64,000 bases of DNA from an uncultured Rikenellaceae bacterium (GTDB lineage Bacteria > Bacteroidota > Bacteroidia > Bacteroidales > Rikenellaceae): contig CAYJIF010000001.1 in NCBI GenBank assembly GCA_964370175.1, positions 5,732 to 69,731 on the forward strand. Direction: 5' to 3'. Of this stretch, positions 8,948 through 17,147 are shown one piece after another. Both the position numbers and the translations under genes were made by a program. The notes under the pieces were generated by a model that was given only the letters and a program-made list of their open reading frames with translations, was not told the origin of the DNA and ran no database searches. Every line of letters begins with the position of its first letter. The stretch's first letter is position 1.

Positions 8948-9448
8948 AATTTCGGATTGTTTGTTAATTGTTTTTACAAGGTTTTTAGCTATTATCGTAT
9001 CCTCAGCAATCTGACGTTTCAGCTCGTCGAGGCTCGAAAATTTAATCATATCTCTAATTTTCTTCAAGGCATAGAAAGTGACCTCTTTCCCATATATGTC
9101 GCTATGAAAGTCAAATATGTGGCATTCCGCCCTCACCTCTCCCATTCCATCTCCCATTCTCTCCCCCTCACTCACCGCTCCGCCCTCATCCTCACCTCTG
9201 CTCTTCACGCCTCTACTCTCATTCTCGCATTGATTCACCGTGGGGTTTGTACCAAAGGACATAACACCATAGTATGACTCTTGGGCAAACTCAACTCTTG
9301 CAACATAGACTCCAAACCGAGCATGAACATCAGCTGCTGATTCTAAACCGTTGTAGCTGACATTGAGGTTCGCCGTAGGGAATCCAAATTCCGTACCCAG
9401 CGAGCGCCCTTTGGCAACTTTTCCCGATATTTTAAAAATAGCGTCCAC
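8948..9448 (-). CDS. riboflavin kinase domain segment (GTG start, no stop codon of its own; reads into rubrerythrin)
   Basis: FKISGKVAKGRSLGTEFGFPTANL ... GVMSFGTNPT ... ECHIFDFHSDIYGKEV..LKKIRDMIKFSSLDELKRQI matches the C-terminal (RFK) half of RibF. The first codon is GTG at 9448-9446. Confidence 0.5.
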
Positions 9449-9456
9449 TCTATTTG

Positions 9457-9464
9457 CAAATATA
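9457..9464 (-). promoter_or_regulatory. -7 promoter motif TATATTTG (riboflavin kinase domain/rubrerythrin)
   Basis: TAnnTTTG, 8 nt before GTG 9448. Confidence 0.45.
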
Positions 9465-9476
9465 GAGGAAAAAAGT

Positions 9477-9484
9477 TACATTTG
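9477..9484 (+). promoter_or_regulatory. -7 promoter motif TACATTTG (merR-family gene)
   Basis: TAnnTTTG, 8 nt before ATG 9493. Confidence 0.45.
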
Positions 9485-9492
9485 CAAATAAT

Positions 9493-10038
9493 ATGGCTAA
9501 ATCACGTAGGATATATTACACCATGGGGCAGATCTGCGAAATGTTCGATTTGCCTGCGTCCACCATTCGTTTTTGGGAGAGCAAGTTCAAGATTCTTTCG
9601 CCCCGCAAAAACGCAAAGGGTAATCGCCTATTCACCCCCTCCGACCTGGAGAATCTCAAGCTCATTTACCACCTGGTGAAAGAGAAAAAAATGACACTCA
9701 AAGGTGCGGAAACATACCTCATGCAGCGCAAGGTCGCGGCCAAAAGCGAGATGTCGATGGTCGAAATCCTGCAAAAACTCAGAGCCGCTCTGCTCGAAAT
9801 TCGCCAAGAAATCGATTCGCAAGAAAAACTCTCGAAGAAAGATGAAGTGGATAATGAGCAAGAAATCATAATCACTGGCGAACAAATCGAAGACGAAGAA
9901 GGGCTCTTTGCTCAGGTGTTCGACCAAGAGGAAATGGACAACGCTGAACTTGCAGAAATCAAAGAACTCGTAAACAACACAGAGGACAGTAACGAAAAGA
10001 ACGACGATCCGAGAATCACACAACTCACCCTGTTTTAA
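9493..10038 (+). CDS. MerR family transcriptional regulator
   Basis: N-terminal MerR-type HTH (YTMGQICEMFDLPASTIRFWESKF...GNRLFTPSDLENL). Acidic C-terminal half. Confidence 0.85.
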   Translation: MAKSRRIYYTMGQICEMFDLPASTIRFWESKFKILSPRKNAKGNRLFTPSDLENLKLIYHLVKEKKMTLKGAETYLMQRKVAAKSEMSMVEILQKLRAALLEIRQEIDSQEKLSKKDEVDNEQEIIITGEQIEDEEGLFAQVFDQEEMDNAELAEIKELVNNTEDSNEKNDDPRITQLTLF

Positions 10039-10044
10039 TACGCT

Positions 10045-10845
10045 ATGACAACTATTCGAGAAATAATCGAGGTGCTCGAAAATTTTGCACCACCCCACTT
10101 GCAAGAAGTCTGGGACAACTGCGGTGTGCAAGTAGGCTTCGATTGCGAGCAAGCCTGCACAGGCATTGTGCTGAGCCTGGATGTCAGTCAACGTGCAATA
10201 CAAACAGCAGTTGAGAACAACGCAAACCTGCTCATCACCCACCACCCGCTCACCATCGAAGGCATACGACAGTTCACCCCGCAAGTGCCGCGAGCTCAGA
10301 TGATTGCCACTGCCATCAAGCACAACATCACCATCTACAGCGCGCACACATCGCTGGATAGCTGCGCTGGGGGGATCAACGACCACCTTGCCCACGTGCT
10401 CGGACTCAGCAACACCACAGTGCTGGAACCCAACGCCAAGAATCCAGAGGTGGGAATAGGTAGAATCGGCACCCTGCCACGCAAAATGAAGATCCACGAG
10501 CTGGCTCAACACATCAGCGACACACTAAAAGTGAGAAATATTCGTTATAATGAGAGCACCAAAGACATTGAACGAGTAGCAATCTGTTCGGGCTCGGGGG
10601 GCTCGCTCATAGGCGCAGCCACGGCAGCCGAGGTGGACGCCTACATTTGCTCCGATTTGAAGTACCACAACTTTGAATCTACGGCCGAAAACAAGCTTGG
10701 AATTGTGGAAATTGGACATTTTGAGAGCGAAATTTGCTCGCTCGACATTTTTGTGGCGGTTATTTCAAAAAAAATTCCTACCTTTGCTCCATTAAGAGTG
10801 GAAGAAAACCCCGTGAAATACCTCCAAACTATAAGTAAACATTAG
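10045..10845 (+). CDS. Nif3-like dinuclear metal centre protein (GTP cyclohydrolase 1 type 2 homologue)
   Basis: WDNCGVQVG, ITHHPL and GHFESE motifs typical of the NIF3/YbgI family. Confidence 0.85.
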   Translation: MTTIREIIEVLENFAPPHLQEVWDNCGVQVGFDCEQACTGIVLSLDVSQRAIQTAVENNANLLITHHPLTIEGIRQFTPQVPRAQMIATAIKHNITIYSAHTSLDSCAGGINDHLAHVLGLSNTTVLEPNAKNPEVGIGRIGTLPRKMKIHELAQHISDTLKVRNIRYNESTKDIERVAICSGSGGSLIGAATAAEVDAYICSDLKYHNFESTAENKLGIVEIGHFESEICSLDIFVAVISKKIPTFAPLRVEENPVKYLQTISKH

Positions 10846-10865
10846 CAATAACGACTATAAAGAAT

Positions 10866-11645
10866 ATGGCAACAACATCAGCAGCAACCGCTAAGAAAAA
10901 GAACGAAAATGACGTAAAAGAATTTTCTACGTCCGAAAAAATCACTGCACTCTACGAACTGCAACTCGTGGATAGCCGTATCGACGAAATTAACCAAGTC
11001 AAAGGCTCGCTGCCACTCGAAATCGAAGATATCGAAAACAACATTGAAGGAGCTAACAGCCTGATTGAACGATACCTGAGCGAAGCTGATGACGCAATGG
11101 GTGCCGTAAAAATCAAAAAAGAAGAAATTGAAGAAGCCAAAAACCTTATAGCAAAGTACCAAAAACAACAACAAGACGTAAGAAACAATAGAGAATTCGA
11201 GTCGTTTGGAAAAGAAATTGAATACCAAAATCTCGAAATTGAACTTTGCGAAAAACGCATTAAAGAATTTACCGCCGAGGCCAAAAGCAAAAAGAAAATG
11301 AGCGAAGAGGCTGGCGAAATTCTCGAAGATAGAAAAAAAGAACTCGAAGTTAAAAAAGGTGAACTCGATAGCATCGAAAAAGAAAGCGAAGACGAAGTAA
11401 AAAGCTTGGTGAATAAAGGAGAAGAACTCAAAACCAAAATCGACGAAAGACTCCTAACCGCTTATGAAAGAATCCGCAAAAACACTCGCAACGGACTCGC
11501 TGTGGTTACCGTGCAAAGAGACGCTTGTGGAGGATGCTTCAACAGAATACCGCCTCAACGACAAATCGATATCGAAGCAAGTAAAAAAGTTATCGTTTGT
11601 GAGTATTGCGGCCGAGTACTCGTATCAAGCTCGCTTGACGAATAA
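10866..11645 (+). CDS. coiled-coil/zinc-ribbon protein (COG1579-type), the usual Nif3 neighbour
   Basis: Long K/E-rich coiled coil followed by CGGCFNRIP...CEYCGR, a C4 zinc ribbon. Confidence 0.75.
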   Translation: MATTSAATAKKKNENDVKEFSTSEKITALYELQLVDSRIDEINQVKGSLPLEIEDIENNIEGANSLIERYLSEADDAMGAVKIKKEEIEEAKNLIAKYQKQQQDVRNNREFESFGKEIEYQNLEIELCEKRIKEFTAEAKSKKKMSEEAGEILEDRKKELEVKKGELDSIEKESEDEVKSLVNKGEELKTKIDERLLTAYERIRKNTRNGLAVVTVQRDACGGCFNRIPPQRQIDIEASKKVIVCEYCGRVLVSSSLDE

Positions 11646-11689
11646 AACACAACCCGAAGAAATAACTGTCATTTTGTCATCGAAAAACT

Positions 11690-11709
11690 GACAAAATAAG
11701 ACAAAATAA
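11690..11709 (+). repeat. 2 x 10-nt tandem repeat GACAAAATAA with an inverted partial copy at 11669-11679
   Basis: Read directly. ATTTTGTCA (11671-11679) and TGACAAAAT (11689-11697) can form a 9-bp AT-rich hairpin. Confidence 0.85.
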
Positions 11710-11989
11710 CGCAATTTTACGACATAAAGTCACCCAATTGCAGCAAACACACCACGGCACAATTTATGCAGTGAGTAGTGAGTAAGAAAGATTAACAACA
11801 ACATATAAAACGCATTGCCGATAGAATAATTCTACTTTTTAAACAAAACACCAGAGCCCTCGCCGAAAAACATGGTGATACTCATACAACGAAAAATGAG
11901 TTAACCAGAGTGTACGACAGAACTCTCTACCGCTAAAAAGCCTTAGAGAAACAGTGCAGAGGCGAAACGCTCACAAAAAAGTTAGAATT

Positions 11990-12592
11990 ATGAAAAGAAG
12001 TGCAAATGCAACTAATGTTGCCCAACAAAATGTACTGCTTGCAAACTACCTGAATGGTCAAAGTGGTGCAATCGAGGAAATCATCGCCCAAAATCGCTCG
12101 AAAGTCTACGGATATGTACTCTCTAAAGTACAAAATAACGCGGTGGCTGACGATATCACACAAGAAACCTTTATCAAGGTTGTCGACTCTCTCAACAAAG
12201 GAAAATACACTGACGACGGACGTTTCATGTCATGGGTGCTTAGAATTGCGCATAATCTAATTATCGATCACTTTAGGCTTACAAAAAGACGCAAAGAGGT
12301 CGGAGCAGAAGACCAAACAATGGAACTGCTCTACGCCAAAGGGCAAGATTATGCAGTGAGCGTGGAAAAAGAAATCATCAAAGATGAGACTCAGAATCAA
12401 CTGCACACGCTTGTCAACTCGCTGCCAAAGGAACAACGAGAAGTAGTGGAGATGCGCCACTTCATGGACTTGAGCTACAAGGAGATAGCCGAACAAACGG
12501 GCGTGAGCATTAACACAGCTCTGGGGCGTATGCGCTATGCTCTAATCAACCTTCGCAGGGAGGCCAACACCCTCGGGCTGGAGCTTGCATAG
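11990..12592 (+). CDS. RNA polymerase sigma-70 family (ECF-type) sigma factor
   Basis: Region 2 (DITQETFIKV..WVLRIAHNLIIDHFR) and region 4 (EQREVVEMRHFMDLSYKEIAEQTGVSINTALGRMRYA). The start is taken at ATG 11990; the ORF's GTG at 11954 is not used. Confidence 0.8.
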   Translation: MKRSANATNVAQQNVLLANYLNGQSGAIEEIIAQNRSKVYGYVLSKVQNNAVADDITQETFIKVVDSLNKGKYTDDGRFMSWVLRIAHNLIIDHFRLTKRRKEVGAEDQTMELLYAKGQDYAVSVEKEIIKDETQNQLHTLVNSLPKEQREVVEMRHFMDLSYKEIAEQTGVSINTALGRMRYALINLRREANTLGLELA

Positions 12593-12636
12593 AGAGCCTA
12601 CTCGCAAGGGGAGGAGGCAGGGAAACAATAGAATAG

Positions 12637-12705
12637 AGAGGGAGGGCTCTCTCCCGTCATCGCATACTTTAAAAAAGTGCAATGGCGAGAGAGAGCCCTC
12701 CCTCT
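12637..12705. terminator. 17-bp inverted repeat with 35-nt loop between convergent sigma factor and thiD genes
   Basis: AGAGGGAGGGCTCTCTC (12637-12653) pairs with GAGAGAGCCCTCCCTCT (12689-12705), followed by TTT. Confidence 0.5.
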
Positions 12706-12746
12706 TTATACGTAGCCCCCTCACCCAGCGCACTACCCTCTTCTTC

Positions 12747-13544
12747 TCATTCTGTTTCGCTGCACGATTCTCTTAGCAGGCTCTGCACATAGTCTATAGC
12801 TCGACCCGTAGCCTGAGGCAGCGAGTAGCCAAGCGCCAGATGCGATGCCACTGCGGTACTGAGCGTGCAACCCGTGCCGTGGGTATTAATTTCTGGGACT
12901 CTGAGTCGTGGCGCTCGAAATTCCTGAACTGAGGAGCTACCTCTCTCATAGAGCATATCCACAATCTCGCCCTTTGCCTGCCAAGCACCAGCGTGTCCTC
13001 CCTTCAAGAGCAGGGCTTGCAAGCCTATTGCCTCAAAACTCTGCCAACACGCCTGCGCACTCTCGGCAGAAGCAATCTCTGCCTTGGAAAGTCCACACAA
13101 CACCTCTGCCTCATCTTGGTTGGGAGTCAGCACTGTTGCCAGCGGAACGAGGTGTTCAATAATTGCTGCTGCCACACCGCTTCGAGCCAGCTCGCCACCA
13201 GAGGTTGCGGCCAACACTGGGTCTACCACCACATTGCGGAGTTTATATTCACGAATCAGTCGTGCTATGAGCTTCACACACTCTGGCGTTGCAACCATTC
13301 CGATTTTCACAGCCGACACCTCACACCAGTCAGCCACTGCACGGAACTGCGCCTCTATCATCTGCTCGCTCACCAGCTCCACAGAGCGAAGTTGCTCTGG
13401 GTTCTGAGCAGTAAGGGCAGTGATGACCGTAGCCACCTCTGCCCCTAAACTATATGCTGTTTTTGTATCTATTTGCACACCTGCGCCGCCCGAGCTGTCC
13501 GAACCAGCTATGGCAAGCACAAGTGGGCGTTTCGTGTCAATCAT
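12747..13544 (-). CDS. thiD: hydroxymethylpyrimidine/phosphomethylpyrimidine kinase
   Basis: LAIAGSDSSGGAGVQIDTKT and THGTGCTLS motifs. Confidence 0.9.
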   Translation of the reverse strand: MIDTKRPLVLAIAGSDSSGGAGVQIDTKTAYSLGAEVATVITALTAQNPEQLRSVELVSEQMIEAQFRAVADWCEVSAVKIGMVATPECVKLIARLIREYKLRNVVVDPVLAATSGGELARSGVAAAIIEHLVPLATVLTPNQDEAEVLCGLSKAEIASAESAQACWQSFEAIGLQALLLKGGHAGAWQAKGEIVDMLYERGSSSVQEFRAPRLRVPEINTHGTGCTLSTAVASHLALGYSLPQATGRAIDYVQSLLRESCSETE

Positions 13545-13553
13545 CGCTACGGC

Positions 13554-14765
13554 TTATGCACCAAGCAATCTGAAGGTATCGCGAGCAATAACAAGTTCTT
13601 CGTCAGTACATGCTACCACCACTTTCACCTTAGACTCTGGAGTCGAGATGATTGCATCTTCGCCTTTTTTGAGTGCATTGTTGAGATCACTGTTAATCTC
13701 AATGCCGAGGAAACCAAGCCCTTCGAGTGAGTCGTTACGCAGGAATGGTTCATTTTCACCGATTCCGCCCGCAAAGACTACCAAGTCAGCACCACCAAGC
13801 TCGGCAAAGTAGCCACCGATGTATCTGCGCAAGCGGTTTGTAGTCATCTTCATGGTGAGTGTTGCGAGTTTTTCGCCAGCCTCGTCCGCTGCAACAATAT
13901 CACGCATATCGCTCGACACGCACGACACTCCAAGGAAACCAGACTCTTTGTTCAACACATCACTCATACGAGATGCCGATATACCCTCCTTCTCCATAAT
14001 GTAGATAAGCACACCTGGGTCGATATCGCCACAACGAGTACCCATCAACAGGCCATCGAGTGGAGTGAAACCCATAGACGTGTTGATTGACTTACCGCAA
14101 TCAATTGCCGTCACCGATGCACCGTTGCCAATGTGGCAGGTAACAATCTTCGAGGTTTCGAAGTCCAGCCCTGCCATTTCGCAGGCCTTTTGTGCCACAA
14201 ACTTGTGCGATGTGCCGTGGAAACCATAGCGACGAATACGCATTTCGTCGTAATACTTATATGGAATACCATAAAGGAAGCTCTCTTCCGGCATCGAAGA
14301 GTGGAACGATGTATCGAACACTGCCACTTGCCCAATAGCGGGGAGCAGTTTTTCGATAGAGAGAATACCCTTTAGTGCTGGTGGGTTGTGGAGCGGTGCA
14401 AGTTCGAAGCAAGCCTCGATTTGCGCCTTCACCTCAGCGTTCACAATAGCCGAGTCGGTGAAGAATTCCCCACCGTGTGCCACACGGTGCCCTGCCGCCT
14501 TAATTTCACCAAGATTTTCTATTACCCCGTGCTCTGGGTTCACGAGTGCTTGTAGAATCAAGTTAATTCCCACCGAATGGTCTGCAATTGGCTGCAATAG
14601 TTCAAACGGTGTTTTCCCTTCTGGTTTGTGCACCAGCTTACCTTCGGCAAGCCCAATGCGCTCTACCTGTCCTTTGGCGAGCAGGTCTGGAGTACATTGT
14701 GTAGTAAGGTCAAGGAGTTGGTACTTAATCGACGAACTGCCGCAATTTAGCACGAGTATTTTCAT
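13554..14765 (-). CDS. ackA: acetate kinase
   Basis: MKILVLNCGSSSIKYQL, HRVAHGG, RRYGFHGTSH. Confidence 0.95.
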   Translation of the reverse strand: MKILVLNCGSSSIKYQLLDLTTQCTPDLLAKGQVERIGLAEGKLVHKPEGKTPFELLQPIADHSVGINLILQALVNPEHGVIENLGEIKAAGHRVAHGGEFFTDSAIVNAEVKAQIEACFELAPLHNPPALKGILSIEKLLPAIGQVAVFDTSFHSSMPEESFLYGIPYKYYDEMRIRRYGFHGTSHKFVAQKACEMAGLDFETSKIVTCHIGNGASVTAIDCGKSINTSMGFTPLDGLLMGTRCGDIDPGVLIYIMEKEGISASRMSDVLNKESGFLGVSCVSSDMRDIVAADEAGEKLATLTMKMTTNRLRRYIGGYFAELGGADLVVFAGGIGENEPFLRNDSLEGLGFLGIEINSDLNNALKKGEDAIISTPESKVKVVVACTDEELVIARDTFRLLGA

Positions 14766-14779
14766 AGTTTTATATGTAT

Positions 14780-15937
14780 TTATTTTAATAATTTTTCAAG
14801 TTCTGTATAGAATATCGGATCTTCACCCACCACAATTTTCGCGATTTCACCCTCGGGGTTAATAATAATTTTTGTGGGGTACCCCTCCACGGCATACTTC
14901 ACAGACACATCCTCATTGAGAGCCTCTTGGTTGATGAGGTTTACCCACGGTAGTTGGTATTCTTCGAGCCCTGCGAGCCACTTCTCTTGGGTATCTTTGC
15001 ACGCAATACCGATAATTTCAAATTTATCGCCCTTGTGCTTTTCGTACGCCTCTTTCATATCGGGGAAACCCTTTATGCACCATCCGCACCAAGTGCCCCA
15101 GAAATCAATCACCACCCATTTACCACGGAAATCACTAAGGCTCACATCCTCTCCCTTTTCGTTTTTGAGCGTAAAGGCGGGAGCTGGTTTGCCCTCGACC
15201 ATATTCACTTTTGCCTCTTGCGTCAATTCGTATTTTTTCGCTCTTATATATGAATATTCGATTACGTATTTAAAAACCCCCGCGCGCACCTTTGGGTCTA
15301 AGCCATCTATGACCGCCACCTTATCTTCATACTTGGCATCTTGAGCATAGAAGCCTGCGAGTTGGCTGCTTGGATTTTCTTTGACATACCGCATCGTGAT
15401 TTCGCGTACCTTATCACTCGCTTCGCCCCTCTGTTCGAACCACCCATTGATTTCTTCCTGCTTTTCGGGGTTAGAATAGTGTTTCTCAATGAGTCTATTG
15501 ACACTATCTTTGTGTAGCAGGTGCGCCATTGTTTCGAGTCGTACCTTAGCCGCATCCTCAAACATTGGGTCATTACCACTCGAGGTGTACTCTACCCTGT
15601 TGTCAAATGCCTTACCCACGATGCTCTCTTTCGAGCCGGGGTAAACAACTGTGGTGATTCTCTTGGCCTCGGTACCTACTCCTATACGCTCCCCAGATTT
15701 ACCAAAGGGAATCATAATGACAAGTGTTGTATCTCCCGCCGATGCGTTATATGTCACAACACCATTTTGGGCTACAATGGTATCTCCTATCTCTTCCAGC
15801 TTGCCTTTCAAATCAATGTGAACAAGCAAAATAGAGTCATTGCCCCAGCCGTCAATTTCGATTCTTAGGCTTTCTTTTTGGTTACTACAAGCAGCAAGTA
15901 TGAGCAGTGCAATAGCGAGTGTAAAAATCTTTTTCAT
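14780..15937 (-). CDS. TlpA-family thiol:disulfide oxidoreductase lipoprotein
   Basis: Lipobox LAACS. C-terminal thioredoxin fold with FWGTWCGWC. Confidence 0.8.
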   Translation of the reverse strand: MKKIFTLAIALLILAACSNQKESLRIEIDGWGNDSILLVHIDLKGKLEEIGDTIVAQNGVVTYNASAGDTTLVIMIPFGKSGERIGVGTEAKRITTVVYPGSKESIVGKAFDNRVEYTSSGNDPMFEDAAKVRLETMAHLLHKDSVNRLIEKHYSNPEKQEEINGWFEQRGEASDKVREITMRYVKENPSSQLAGFYAQDAKYEDKVAVIDGLDPKVRAGVFKYVIEYSYIRAKKYELTQEAKVNMVEGKPAPAFTLKNEKGEDVSLSDFRGKWVVIDFWGTWCGWCIKGFPDMKEAYEKHKGDKFEIIGIACKDTQEKWLAGLEEYQLPWVNLINQEALNEDVSVKYAVEGYPTKIIINPEGEIAKIVVGEDPIFYTELEKLLK

Positions 15938-16024
15938 CTTTTTTTCCTTAGTTTTAGTTAGATTTTGGTTATACTTCTCTATTATGACGCATAAATTGCC
16001 GTTTGGTTACATTTCCTCTCGTGA

Positions 16025-17032
16025 CTATTTATTTCTGAATTGCGCTTGGCAAGCCGTGATTGCCACCACCGAGACAATATCGTCCATCGAACATCCACGA
16101 GACAGGTCGTTGATCGGAGCCGCCATACCCTGAAGTATTGGCCCCACAGCCTCCGAACCCGATAGTCTCTCCACAAGTTTATATGCGATATTTCCCACAT
16201 CCAGGCTTGGGAAGATGAGCACATTTGCACGCCCCGCAACCTGCGAACCTGGGGCCTTGCTGCATGCAATACCTGGCACAATAGCCGCATCTGCTTGCAT
16301 CTCGCCATCCACCAGCAATTCAGGGGCTTGTTCCTTAACAAGTTCTGTAGCCTCACGCACCTTGTCCACCATTTCGTGTTTTGCCGAACCTTTTGTGGAG
16401 AATGACAACATTGCGATCCTTGGTTCAATTCCTGCTACCAAACGGGCTGTTTCTGCCGTACAAAGCGCAATTTGCGCCAACTCTTGCGCATTGGGATTCG
16501 GATTCACTCCGCAATCGCCCATCACCAAAACACCGTCTTGAGCATATGTCAAATCCTTAGGAATCACAATCATCGCCCCCGAAACCACCGACACCCCTGG
16601 TGCGGTCTTCACAAACTGTAGGGCTGGGCGCAAAACATCGCCTGTTGTGTTCTTTGCTCCTGCCACTTCGCCATCTGCATCACCCGCCTTGATAATCATC
16701 ACCCCCAGGTAGAGTGGATTTTCCACCAACACTTCCGCCTGTTCACGAGTCAATCCCTTTGCCCCACGGATCTCCAACATCAGCTTCACATAGCGATCTT
16801 TGTTAGGGTGTGACAGCGGATCAATAATCTCTGCTTTTTCTATATTATGGAGCTGCCATCTCTGTGCACACTCTGCAATTTCTGCTGGGCTACCAATTAG
16901 TATAATCTCTGCAAGCCCTTGTTCAATAATCACATTTGCTGCTCTTAGGGTGCGCTCTTCAGTCGCCTCAGGAAGCACAATGCGTTTTAGATCTCTACGC
17001 GCTTGCTCCTTTATCTTTTCTAACAATTCCAT
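16025..17032 (-). CDS. pta: phosphate acetyltransferase
   Basis: [16 protein letters not shown] ... [10 protein letters not shown] ... [10 protein letters not shown]. Confidence 0.93.
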   Translation of the reverse strand: MELLEKIKEQARRDLKRIVLPEATEERTLRAANVIIEQGLAEIILIGSPAEIAECAQRWQLHNIEKAEIIDPLSHPNKDRYVKLMLEIRGAKGLTREQAEVLVENPLYLGVMIIKAGDADGEVAGAKNTTGDVLRPALQFVKTAPGVSVVSGAMIVIPKDLTYAQDGVLVMGDCGVNPNPNAQELAQIALCTAETARLVAGIEPRIAMLSFSTKGSAKHEMVDKVREATELVKEQAPELLVDGEMQADAAIVPGIACSKAPGSQVAGRANVLIFPSLDVGNIAYKLVERLSGSEAVGPILQGMAAPINDLSRGCSMDDIVSVVAITACQAQFRNK

Positions 17033-17077
17033 ACTTCTATTTTAATGCTTTAATGATTTTAGAATAAAAATCTTTTG

Positions 17078-17085
17078 CAAAGGTA
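17078..17085 (-). promoter_or_regulatory. -7 promoter motif TACCTTTG (pta)
   Basis: TAnnTTTG, ~45 nt upstream of ATG 17032. Confidence 0.5.
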
Positions 17086-17096
17086 ACAAAAGTTAA

Positions 17097-17104
17097 TAAC
17101 TTTG
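17097..17104 (+). promoter_or_regulatory. -7 promoter motif TAACTTTG (deoxyhypusine synthase-like gene)
   Basis: TAnnTTTG, ~43 nt upstream of ATG 17148. Confidence 0.5.
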
Positions 17105-17147
17105 CATACTCTTTTTGCAGATTTGTAATAAAAAAACATACATACCG

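Noticed and set aside
9628-10512. 294-codon ORF on the minus strand spanning the merR-like gene, the 6-nt spacer and the start of the nif3-like gene
   Set aside because: It is entirely antisense to two ORFs with clear family signatures. Its translation is low-complexity (H/V/F/L-rich) with no recognisable motif, and it has no promoter motif or sensible start context. This is a typical shadow ORF.
12542-12776. Mirror-image small ORFs (12542..12733 minus, 12585..12776 plus), both containing ...REGSL...
   Set aside because: The shared peptide is an artefact of translating the two arms of the 17-bp inverted repeat. Both ORFs lie in a convergent terminator region.
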